Program-made: the position numbers and the translations under genes
From: an uncultured Ruminococcus sp.
Lineage (GTDB): Bacteria; Bacillota; Clostridia; Oscillospirales; CAG-382
Direction of reading: 5' to 3'
Assembly: GCA_964571635.1 (NCBI GenBank)
Contig: CAZNCN010000005.1
Location: forward strand, 15,788-79,787
Length of the DNA stretch: 64,000 bases
Part shown: piece after piece, positions 43,386 through 51,673 of the stretch
Numbering within the stretch: position 1 is the first letter of the stretch
Layout: each line of letters begins with the position of its first letter
The notes under the pieces: model-generated
What the model was told of the DNA's origin: nothing
What the model saw: only the letters and a program-made list of their open reading frames with translations
Databases searched by the model: none

Positions 43386-44943
43386 AAAATATTTCCCTAT
43401 TGCAAAGTCGAGCATCTTCCAAAAGCAGCAGTACTATGTCAAGGCTAACGAGGAGATCACTATCGACATTTATGAGGGCGAAACACTCGGCATAGTCGGC
43501 GAGTCGGGCTGCGGCAAGTCGACCCTCGGCAGAGTGCTGTTGCAGCTCTATGAACAGACTGCAGGCACGACGATGTATTATGGCGTTCCTCGTGCAGATC
43601 TCGCTCCTGATTATGTTCTGCATACTCTGAAACATGCAGATAAATACATCGCCAAAATGCACGCCGCTGAAGCACGTGCAATGGCTGCGGCAGAGAAGGC
43701 TGATTTGCTCGGCGAAGATGCAACATTCTTTGATCTGCAGGACAAGAACCTCGCTGAGGCTGAATATCAGACCGCAGTTGCTCACACCGCAAAGATTCTG
43801 GGCGGCTTTACCGTCAAGGACACCAAGGCAGGTGCTGCATTGCTCTACCAGCAGGCACAGCTCGAGGATGACGCTGCTGCACTCGCAGAGCGCATTAAAG
43901 ATATTGACCTCCAGCTTGATGACTCGGTCGAGGACGATGAGCGCAAGAAGCTCTCTGAGTCCAAAAAGCAAAAGCTTATCGCAAAGCGCGATTCATATAT
44001 CGCACAGCGCGAATCAAAGCTTGCTCAGATCGCCGACCTCGCCAATAAGATCGACGAGCGCAAGGCAGCATATAAGTATGACGAAGAGTTTATGCATTAC
44101 GAGTCTATGCTTGACGACGGCATCGACCTCGCACGACTCAAATATTCTGAGATGCGCCATCTGCGCAAGGATCTGCAGATAGTATTCCAGGATCCGTATT
44201 CATCGCTCAACCCCCGTATGACCGTTGGTCAGATAATCGAGGAGGGTCTTGTTACCCATAAGTTCTATCGCCACGGCTCTAACAAAATGAGAGAATATAT
44301 CCTCGAGGTCATGCGTAAGTGCGGCCTGCAGGACTATATGCTTTACAGATATCCGCACCAGTTCTCGGGCGGTCAAAGACAGCGTATCTCTATCGCGCGT
44401 GCACTTGCGGTTCACCCCAAATTTGTCGTCTGCGACGAATGTGTTTCGGCACTTGACGTTTCGATTCAGTCGCAGATCATCAACCTTTTGCAGGATCTTA
44501 AGGACAAAGAGAACCTCACATATATGTTCATCTCGCATGACCTTTCTGTCGTCAGATATATTTCTGACAGGATTTGCGTTATGTACCTCGGCAATGTCGT
44601 CGAGCTTGCAGATGCATCAAAGATATTTGAGGATCCCCGCCATCCTTATACCGTCGCACTGCTTTCGTCGATACCCACAACCGACCCCGAAAGCCTCTCG
44701 AAAGAGCGCATTTTGCTCGAGGGCAACATCCCCAGCCCCATCAAGCCGCCGTCAGGATGCAAATTCCACACTCGTTGCTATATGGCATGCGAGCAGTGCA
44801 AGCGCGTTCCGCCCGAGCTTGCCGAGATCGAGCCGGGTCATTTCGTAGCCTGCCACTTCCCGCAGCGCAAGCTCGACAAAAACGGCAATTATCTCTTTGA
44901 GATGCCGTCAACAGAGCGCAGATCCTCGAGAGAAGCACAATAA
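43345..44943 (+). CDS. ABC ATPase, OppF/DppF-like, with a ~175-aa helical insertion between Walker A and the Q-loop
   Basis: 532 aa with a GTG start after AAGGAGGTGAGG. Walker A is GESGCGKST at aa 52-60, but the Q-loop IVFQDP does not appear until aa 279-284. The intervening sequence is rich in A, E, K and D. LSGGQRQR-like FSGGQRQR, CDECVSALD and a GCKFHTRC tail are present. Confidence 0.85.
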   Translation: MPNTKKLLSITNLKKYFPIAKSSIFQKQQYYVKANEEITIDIYEGETLGIVGESGCGKSTLGRVLLQLYEQTAGTTMYYGVPRADLAPDYVLHTLKHADKYIAKMHAAEARAMAAAEKADLLGEDATFFDLQDKNLAEAEYQTAVAHTAKILGGFTVKDTKAGAALLYQQAQLEDDAAALAERIKDIDLQLDDSVEDDERKKLSESKKQKLIAKRDSYIAQRESKLAQIADLANKIDERKAAYKYDEEFMHYESMLDDGIDLARLKYSEMRHLRKDLQIVFQDPYSSLNPRMTVGQIIEEGLVTHKFYRHGSNKMREYILEVMRKCGLQDYMLYRYPHQFSGGQRQRISIARALAVHPKFVVCDECVSALDVSIQSQIINLLQDLKDKENLTYMFISHDLSVVRYISDRICVMYLGNVVELADASKIFEDPRHPYTVALLSSIPTTDPESLSKERILLEGNIPSPIKPPSGCKFHTRCYMACEQCKRVPPELAEIEPGHFVACHFPQRKLDKNGNYLFEMPSTERRSSREAQ

Positions 44944-44964
44944 TTCAGATAAGGTCTTGCAGCT

Positions 44965-45159
44965 ATGATTTTTAAGCGACTTAAAAAATCAACACCCGAA
45001 CAGGAGCAGGAGTTCAGAGATATGCTTGAGAACGAGCATGTCGGCGCAAAGGACAAATTTGCGATGAGCTTTTCGGCATTTCTTGTCATAGTTTTGCCTT
45101 GCTTCTTGCTGCTCGCACTCTTTGGATTTTTGATGCTTTTGCTCTTTGGAGCGATATAA
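44965..45159 (+). CDS. Small single-pass membrane protein (hypothetical), last gene of the ABC operon
   Basis: 64 aa. A charged N-terminus is followed by one hydrophobic helix (FSAFLVIVLPCFLLLALFGFLMLLLFG). A terminator follows directly. The RBS is modest. Confidence 0.4.
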   Translation: MIFKRLKKSTPEQEQEFRDMLENEHVGAKDKFAMSFSAFLVIVLPCFLLLALFGFLMLLLFGAI

Positions 45160-45166
45160 AACAAAC

Positions 45167-45197
45167 AAAAGCCGTTTCACTCGAAGCGGCTTTTTTG
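45167..45197 (+). terminator. Terminator of the ABC importer operon
   Basis: gccgtttc-actc-gaagcggc followed by tttttt. Confidence 0.75.
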
Positions 45198-45222
45198 TTG
45201 CGTCTTTTGGGCAATTTGCCTG

Positions 45223-45251
45223 TTGACTTTTGGTGTGATTAAGAGTATACT
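45223..45251 (+). promoter_or_regulatory. sigA-type promoter for the anion permease gene
   Basis: TTGACT (45223-45228), a 17-nt spacer, then TATACT (45246-45251). Confidence 0.45.
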
Positions 45252-45300
45252 TCACATCGTTTGAGTATTTAAAACAACACTTTTTTCAAGGAATTTTGAT

Positions 45301-46443
45301 ATGAATATTGCAATAAAGCCTATGCCGCTCGGAATGCGGCTTATGGCGTTTGTCAAAAAGAATACCGTCATGTGCATAGCACTTGCCGCTGCTGTGATAA
45401 CCTCGTTTATTGTTCCGCCGGATGCTATGTATCTCGAGTATTTTGACTTTAGGACGCTCACCTGTCTGTTTTGCGTGCTTGCGGTTGTCTGCGCCTTGAG
45501 GAATATCAACTTCTTTTATATTTTGGCTCGCCGCATAGTCAGGATGTTTAAGAATGCACGCATGAGTGTCATCGCACTTGCATACATAACGTTTATCGGC
45601 TCAATGCTGATAGCCAACGATATGGCACTGCTGACGTTTTTGCCGCTCGGATATTTTGTTTTGTCGTCGACGGGCAAGCAAAAGTATATGGCGTTTACGT
45701 TTATAATGCAGAATATCGCCGCCAACTTGGGCGGAATGCTCACGCCGTTCGGCAATCCGCAGAATTTGTATCTCTATTCTAAGTTTGAGATCCCCGACCT
45801 TGAATTTGTCGCAATAATGGTACCGCCGTTTTTGCTCTCGGTCTTGCTCATAACCGTTTGCTGTATCGTTTTTGTCAAGCCAGAGCCGCTCGAATTGCCG
45901 CACGAAAACACAAAGCTCGAGCCTAAACGCACGGCACTTTATCTTGCATTGTTTGCACTCTCGATATTGATAGTTTTCAGAGGAATACCTTATTGGATAG
46001 GTCTTGTTGTCATCCCTGCGGTATTGCTTTTTGTCGATAAAAAAGCACTGTTGTCTGTCGACTATTGCCTGCTTTTGACTTTTGTCTTCTTCTTTATTTT
46101 TGCGGGTAATATGGCGCGTATTGATGCAGTCAAGAATTTGTTTATGTTTTTGATGCAAAAGAGCACTTTGCTTTTCAGCATACTTTCGTGCCAGTTCATC
46201 AGCAATGTCCCCTCGGCCATATTGCTGTCGCAGTTCACGACTGATTACGCAGACCTGCTCGTCGGCGTCAATATCGGTGGCGTGGGCACGCTTATTTCGT
46301 CACTCGCCAGCCTCATAACTTTTAGAGAATATGTCAGCCATAACCCCGGAAGAAGTGGATATTATATCAAACAGTTCTCTGCATTTAACTTTGCTTTCCT
46401 CGCGATGCTCACGGCGTTTATGCTGATACTTAAGGCTGTATAA
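45301..46443 (+). CDS. ArsB/NhaD-superfamily anion permease (YbiR / citrate-transporter-like)
   Basis: 380 aa, polytopic. The motif LTPFGNPQNLYLY is typical of this family. Confidence 0.7.
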   Translation: MNIAIKPMPLGMRLMAFVKKNTVMCIALAAAVITSFIVPPDAMYLEYFDFRTLTCLFCVLAVVCALRNINFFYILARRIVRMFKNARMSVIALAYITFIGSMLIANDMALLTFLPLGYFVLSSTGKQKYMAFTFIMQNIAANLGGMLTPFGNPQNLYLYSKFEIPDLEFVAIMVPPFLLSVLLITVCCIVFVKPEPLELPHENTKLEPKRTALYLALFALSILIVFRGIPYWIGLVVIPAVLLFVDKKALLSVDYCLLLTFVFFFIFAGNMARIDAVKNLFMFLMQKSTLLFSILSCQFISNVPSAILLSQFTTDYADLLVGVNIGGVGTLISSLASLITFREYVSHNPGRSGYYIKQFSAFNFAFLAMLTAFMLILKAV

Positions 46444-46452
46444 AAAACAAAA

Positions 46453-46481
46453 CGGTGTCGGGGAATCGACACCGATTTTTG
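46453..46481 (+). terminator. Rho-independent terminator
   Basis: cggtgtcg-gggaat-cgacaccg followed by attttt. Confidence 0.8.
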
Positions 46482-47099
46482 TTAGTTGCGGTTGCAGTCA
46501 TATGCTCGTGTTATAAATACTTGCTTGCAATATGATTCACGTTCACATAAATAATCGTCGCTTATGTTCCTTTTAAAAACGTTTCTATTATAGCGAATTT
46601 AAAGTAATTATCGGCATATTCCGGGTTGCTTTATATCGGCAGCTTGACTTGCTTTGACACTTGTTCTCTGCGATATTAGATTTTCAGTCTTTCGCTAAGC
46701 CCTGAGTTTATTGATCGGCACTAAGTTATACACCTCGTGCCAGTCGTTATATCGCATGAAATCTCCTTCTTTTTTAAATGCACCCAAAAAGAGCCATCGA
46801 TAGAATGCGTTGTCATTGTCAGGGTGTAGGAACTGCAGACATAGCTTGCTGTCATTTTTTGTTTAAAGGAATAAACGCTATCGTTTGTTGCGTTGTTTAG
46901 ACAGCACGTCTATTTGTAATATGCGCTTTTGTCAATGTGAAACAAAACGTTTAAGTAAATCACTTTTCCCTTAATTACATACATATTATTAAGTTAGTTT
47001 AAGACAATCAATATAGCATTATTTGCAATTATTGTCAACGCAAAATTTGCAATAATGCGGTGTTTTTGGCACAAATGCGAGGGGAGGGTTATTTATCGG

Positions 47100-47128
47100 T
47101 TGACATTGGCAAAAAATTATTGTATAAT
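47100..47128 (+). promoter_or_regulatory. Consensus sigA promoter for tyrS
   Basis: TTGACA (47100-47105), a 17-nt spacer, then TATAAT (47123-47128). The leader to the ATG is only about 30 nt. Confidence 0.55.
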
Positions 47129-47161
47129 TAGAAGATAAAAAATTTGCAAGGAGATCTGATA

Positions 47162-48397
47162 ATGAAACTTTATGACGAGCTTGTCTGGCGCGGTCTGATC
47201 AAGGACATCTCCAGCCCCGAGCTTGAGCAAAAGCTGAATGAGGGAGGACTTAAATTTTATATAGGCACTGACCCCACGGGTGACAGCCTTCATCTGGGTC
47301 ATTATTCCTCGTTTATAATAATCCGCAGGCTTGCTGCTGCAGGACATATTCCGTTTATACTTGTCGGCGGTGCAACAGGTCTTGTCGGTGACCCCAAGGC
47401 GACTGCCGAGCGTGAGCTTTCAAGACGTGAGGTTATTCAAAAGAACTTTGACTCGCTCAAGGCTCAGCTTATGCAGCTTTTCCCGGGGGTGACTGTCGTC
47501 AACAACTATGATTGGTGCAAGGACATAAATGTCATTGACTTCCTGCGTGACTACGGCAAATTTATCACCGTCAATTATATGCTCGCTAAAAAGCATATTC
47601 AGGATAGACTTGATTCAGAGGACGGTATTTCGTATGCCGAATTCTCGTATATGCTTATTCAAGGCATCGACTTTAACTATCTGAACGAGCATTACGGTGT
47701 CGATATGCAGGTCGCAGGTCAGGACCAGTGGGGCAATATCACCACAGGCATCGAAATCGCGCGCAAGACAACCGGCAAGGAGCTTTATGCTTTCACAATG
47801 CCGCTCGTGCTCGATTCGCACGGTGTCAAATTCGGCAAGACCGAGGGCAACGCCGTCTGGCTTGACCCTGCAAAGACCTCGCCGTATGAGCTTTATCAGT
47901 TCCTGCTCAACACCGAGGACGTTATGGTTGAGACCTACTTAAAGCGCCTCACATTCCTCACCAAGCCCGAGATCGAGGATATCGTCGCACGCCACAACGC
48001 CGAGCCGCATCTGCGTATCGGACAAAAGGCGCTCGCCGAGTGCATCGTTACCGACCTGCATGGTGCAGAGGCTTATCAGCGTGCGGTAACTGTTTCGGAG
48101 CAGCTTTTCTCGGGCGATATAGCCAATATTCCGCTTTCCGATCTTATGGTCGGATTTAAGAACGTGCCTCATTTCGACGCTGTCGAGGATAAGCTTATCA
48201 ACGTGCTCGTCGGCTGCGGCATTTGCAAGAGCAAGCGCGAAGCAAACGAGTTTTTGAGTGCAGGCGCTATAAGCGTCAACGGCACTGTCGTCAAGGACGG
48301 CGAGTTTGCCATAAGCCGCGAGAACGCTATCGAGGGCAGGGCTGTCGTAATTCGTCGTGGTAAAAAGAAATATTATCTCGGAATGTTTGGTGATTGA
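47162..48397 (+). CDS. tyrS: Tyrosine--tRNA ligase
   Basis: The start is at MKLYDELVWRGLI (AAGGAG RBS). The HIGH motif is HLGH, the KMSKS-like motif is KFGKT, and the C-terminus has an S4 domain. Confidence 0.9.
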   Translation: MKLYDELVWRGLIKDISSPELEQKLNEGGLKFYIGTDPTGDSLHLGHYSSFIIIRRLAAAGHIPFILVGGATGLVGDPKATAERELSRREVIQKNFDSLKAQLMQLFPGVTVVNNYDWCKDINVIDFLRDYGKFITVNYMLAKKHIQDRLDSEDGISYAEFSYMLIQGIDFNYLNEHYGVDMQVAGQDQWGNITTGIEIARKTTGKELYAFTMPLVLDSHGVKFGKTEGNAVWLDPAKTSPYELYQFLLNTEDVMVETYLKRLTFLTKPEIEDIVARHNAEPHLRIGQKALAECIVTDLHGAEAYQRAVTVSEQLFSGDIANIPLSDLMVGFKNVPHFDAVEDKLINVLVGCGICKSKREANEFLSAGAISVNGTVVKDGEFAISRENAIEGRAVVIRRGKKKYYLGMFGD

Positions 48398-48399
48398 AT

Positions 48400-49263
48400 A
48401 TGAATAATCCCGGCGTGCTCGAGCTTATCGAGCAAAGTATAACCGGCGGTTCGAAAGGCCACCGCAAGATAGGCAATTATCTGCTGCAAAACTATGTTGC
48501 GGCGAGCTATATGACCGCTGCAAGGCTTGCGCAGGAGATCGGCGTCAGCGAGAGCACAATGGTCAGATATGCCGTTGAGCTCGGCTTTGACGGATATCCT
48601 AAATTGCAGGCTGCCATCAAGGCGGCAGTTAAAAACAAGCTCACTGCGATTCAGCGCATAGCAGTTGCCGACAAACGCATCGGCGACGACGTGCTCGCTT
48701 CGTCATTGCATTCTGATATAGATTCGCTCAAAAAGACACTTTCAACACTGCCCAAGGACGTTTTTGAAAACGCCGTTGACACCATTCTTGCCGCCGACAC
48801 GCTTTATATCGTCGGCAACAGATCGTCGGCTGCGCTCTCGATGTTCTTTGGATTTTATCTCAACCTCATGTTCAAAGACATAAAGCTATTGCAGAATATG
48901 TCAGGCACAGAGATGTTTGAGCAGTTGATTCACGTCAAGAGCGGCGATGTCGTGTTTGGTATTTCGTTCCCGAGATATTCAAAGCGCACCGTCGACGGAA
49001 TGTATTTTGCAAAGCAGCATGGCGCAAAGGTCATTGCGCTCACCGACAGCGATCGATCGCCCGTCGCGAGCCTTGCGGATATAACGCTGGTCGCCGCCAA
49101 CGATATTAATTCGTTCGTCGACTCGCTCGTCGCACCTATGGCTGTTATCAACGCACTGATTGCCGCGATAGGTCAGCGCAGACGTCCGCAGATAGCCAAC
49201 ACCTTCAGCGAGCTTGAAAAAATTTGGGAAGATTGCGGTGTCTATGACAAAGACGATAAGTAA
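48400..49263 (+). CDS. MurR/RpiR-family transcriptional regulator (HTH_6 + SIS)
   Basis: About 287 aa. The HTH is MTAARLAQEIGVSESTMVRYA, and the SIS domain contains LYIVGNRSSAA. Confidence 0.8.
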   Translation: MNNPGVLELIEQSITGGSKGHRKIGNYLLQNYVAASYMTAARLAQEIGVSESTMVRYAVELGFDGYPKLQAAIKAAVKNKLTAIQRIAVADKRIGDDVLASSLHSDIDSLKKTLSTLPKDVFENAVDTILAADTLYIVGNRSSAALSMFFGFYLNLMFKDIKLLQNMSGTEMFEQLIHVKSGDVVFGISFPRYSKRTVDGMYFAKQHGAKVIALTDSDRSPVASLADITLVAANDINSFVDSLVAPMAVINALIAAIGQRRRPQIANTFSELEKIWEDCGVYDKDDK

Positions 49264-50491
49264 CAAAAAATACGACCTTTGCATAATAGGCGGCGGCGCA
49301 TCCGGCTTGATGGCTGCCGCCATCGCTTCGTCAAGCGGCATAAGGACAGTTGTGCTCGAGCACAAGGGCAAATGCGGTCGCAAGCTTGCCATTACAGGCA
49401 AGGGCAGGTGCAACGTCACCAATGATTGCACGCTCGACGAATTTATGGATAATGTTCCGACCAATCCGAGGTTTCTTTATGCCTCTTATGCCGCCATGCC
49501 GCCCTCTGAGGTGATGAGTTTTTTTGAGTCGCGCGGAGTGCCGCTCAAGGTCGAGCGTGGCAGGCGAGTGTTTCCTGTCAGCGACAACGCATATGATATA
49601 GTTGATTGTCTTGTCAAGGCGTGCAAGCAGGGTGGGGCAGAGATGGTTTATGCCGATGCTTTGGATATTATGACCGAGGACGGCACAGTCTGCGGAGTGC
49701 ACACGTCGAAGGGCGAAATATTGTGCGACAATGTTTTGCTGGCAACAGGCGGCGCGTCTTATCCGTCGACAGGCAGCGATGGTTCGGGCTATGAGCTCGC
49801 TTCGAGGCTCGGTCACACGATCGTGCAGCCAAAGGCTTCGCTTGTTCCGCTCGTTTCAAGAGATCTGATATGCCAGGCGTGCATGGGGCTTTCACTCAGA
49901 AACGTCGGTGTAGGGTTTTATAAAGACGGCAAAAAGCTTTATTATGAGCAGGGCGAAATGCTGTTTACGCATTTCGGAGTGTCCGGGCCTGTGATACTTT
50001 CTGCATCGGCGCACGTCGCAAAGAAATTTCCTGTCGAAATGCACATCGACCTCAAGCCTGCGCTCGATGAGCAGCAGCTTGATGCGAGAATACTGCGTGA
50101 TTTTGAGACAGAAAAGAATAAGGACTTTGTCAACGCATTGGGCGGGCTCTTGCCGCAAAAGCTTATCGAGCCCTTCGCAAAGCAGACGGGCATAGGCTTG
50201 CACAAAAAGGTCAACGCCATTACTCGTGAGGAGCGCAAAAAGATAGTCAGGCTGCTTAAGGATCTGCCGATCAGGATCATTTGTGCACGCCCCATCGAAG
50301 AGGCGATAGTCACCTCGGGCGGTGTCAGCACAAAAGAGGTCGCACCGGGCACTATGCAGTCGAAGCTTATAAAGAACCTTTATTTTGCAGGCGAGATACT
50401 CGACGTCGACGCTTATACGGGCGGATATAACCTGCAGATAGCATTCTCGACCGCAGCACTTGCGGCGAAGAGCATAACAGAGAACAGATAA
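49244..50491 (+). CDS. HI0933/BaiN-like FAD-dependent oxidoreductase
   Basis: The start is at MTKTISNKKYDLCIIGGGASGLMAA. GKGRCNVTN and the C-terminal GEILDVDAYTGGYNLQ are present. Confidence 0.8.
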   Translation: MTKTISNKKYDLCIIGGGASGLMAAAIASSSGIRTVVLEHKGKCGRKLAITGKGRCNVTNDCTLDEFMDNVPTNPRFLYASYAAMPPSEVMSFFESRGVPLKVERGRRVFPVSDNAYDIVDCLVKACKQGGAEMVYADALDIMTEDGTVCGVHTSKGEILCDNVLLATGGASYPSTGSDGSGYELASRLGHTIVQPKASLVPLVSRDLICQACMGLSLRNVGVGFYKDGKKLYYEQGEMLFTHFGVSGPVILSASAHVAKKFPVEMHIDLKPALDEQQLDARILRDFETEKNKDFVNALGGLLPQKLIEPFAKQTGIGLHKKVNAITREERKKIVRLLKDLPIRIICARPIEEAIVTSGGVSTKEVAPGTMQSKLIKNLYFAGEILDVDAYTGGYNLQIAFSTAALAAKSITENR

Positions 50492-50504
50492 CAGATAACA
50501 AAAA

Positions 50505-50576
50505 ATCCTGCAAGGGACATCTGAGACAAGAAACCGTATGCTTTCGTATCTCAGACGGCCTAAGGCAGGATTTTTG
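50505..50576 (+). repeat. Hairpin repeat copy A (terminator-like), related to copy B at 53229-53286
   Basis: The outer stem is atcctgc / gcaggat and the inner stem is tctgaga / tctcaga, followed by ttttg. The core 50535-50564 matches 53245-53274 at 24 of 30 positions in the same orientation. Confidence 0.5.
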
Positions 50577-50633
50577 CTTGGTGATATTTGCCTTGCGGCG
50601 AGTGATATTGCTTGTGCAGCTTACTGAAAAGCT

Positions 50634-51560
50634 TTATTTCTTATTCTTTTCCTTTGAGCGCTTGTCGTTGATTATTTTCATATGCTCTGCGGTGATGAGG
50701 TCGACGCCGTTTTCGCGAGCCCAATCGACACAGCCCTTGAGCACGACAGACAAAAACACTCTCGGCACGTTCTGTATCGTCATGAGTGCATCGTCAGTGA
50801 ATTTGATCTTGTCGTCGGCTCTGTCGGCGGCATAGCGAACAGAATCGAGCGACTGCTTGCGCATAGGCAAAAGCTCGGCTCTCAGGCGCTTTTTGCGGTG
50901 ATACCAAAAGTTTTTGCTGTCGCGATAGCCATAGTCGACAGGCAGGGGAGGAAAGTCACGCGCGGTTACACCGTTGATTATGGCATCACTGTATTTCTTT
51001 TTCATCAATATGCGGTCGATCTTCAGAATAAAGTGGCAGCCGAATTTTGATGTGATGCCGTTGAAATCGTGATACGGCGGTTCATAGCCGTTCAATTCGC
51101 CGGGCTGATCGTTTTGTGCGTTATCCAATTCTCTGACCCAAGTGCATTCGATGACCTGAATGGCGTCGGTGAGCACCATGGGGCGCTGCTCGCCTGTTTG
51201 CTCTTCGGTCATGCTCTTTTCGAGCTTGAATTTGCAGCCGGGCATCTTGTCCTCGGGCTTGTCGCCGGGCCAGCTTAGCTTGACGCACTCGCTGAACACC
51301 TTGGGGTCGTCGCAAACAAAGTTGAGTGCGCACTTGCCGTTGCGCAGAATGTTCTGTGCGGTATTCGATGAGTTGCGGCAGCAGAGCAGCATGGCATAAT
51401 AATCCTTGCCTGCTACATAATATGGCTGCACGAGTGAATAAGGGCCGAGTGTTGTCGTGCCGTCCTCGCACAGTGTGCTGATGACCACCGTCGGCATGGG
51501 GAAGAATAGCGAGGTCTGATAAAAGTTGTCTACGATACGCAGATTTTCAAAGCTTGACAT
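50634..51560 (-). CDS. Flavin-reductase-like (split-barrel FMN-binding) domain protein with a ~140-aa C-terminal extension
   Basis: 308 aa with an AAGGAG RBS. PMPTVVISTLCEDGTTTLGPYS...NSSNTAQNILRNGKCALNF fits the Flavin_Reduct pattern. The C-terminal half is unassigned. Confidence 0.5.
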   Translation of the reverse strand: MSSFENLRIVDNFYQTSLFFPMPTVVISTLCEDGTTTLGPYSLVQPYYVAGKDYYAMLLCCRNSSNTAQNILRNGKCALNFVCDDPKVFSECVKLSWPGDKPEDKMPGCKFKLEKSMTEEQTGEQRPMVLTDAIQVIECTWVRELDNAQNDQPGELNGYEPPYHDFNGITSKFGCHFILKIDRILMKKKYSDAIINGVTARDFPPLPVDYGYRDSKNFWYHRKKRLRAELLPMRKQSLDSVRYAADRADDKIKFTDDALMTIQNVPRVFLSVVLKGCVDWARENGVDLITAEHMKIINDKRSKEKNKK

Positions 51561-51673
51561 ATTTTGCTCCTTAAAATAATATTTTGCCTCAAAAGGTCTT
51601 GTAAAAGCAAAGAACTTTTAGTAATATAATTATAGCCCAAACAAAGCACCGTGTCAATGAGCAAGAGGAAATT

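Noticed and set aside
42138-43415. 425-aa minus-strand ORF antisense to the OppD-like ATPase. The 300-aa ORF at 40578-41480, antisense to the permease, belongs to the same case.
   Set aside because: Both lie opposite genes with clear Walker, signature or RCC1 motifs, and they would break an otherwise tightly coupled operon.
46484-46757. A minus-strand frame starts with an excellent RBS (AAGAAGGAGAT) and reads MRYNDWHEVYNLVPINKLRA. It can be read on through three in-frame stops for about 90 codons, which could suggest a pseudogene.
   Set aside because: The stop density (4 in 91 codons) is what random sequence of this composition gives, and I recognise no family. It is mentioned only inside the finding on the tyrS-upstream gap.
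46860-47161. A T-box riboswitch was expected upstream of tyrS.
   Set aside because: I searched by eye for the T-box consensus and a specifier/antiterminator layout on the plus strand and found none. The consensus promoter lies only about 30 nt from the start codon.
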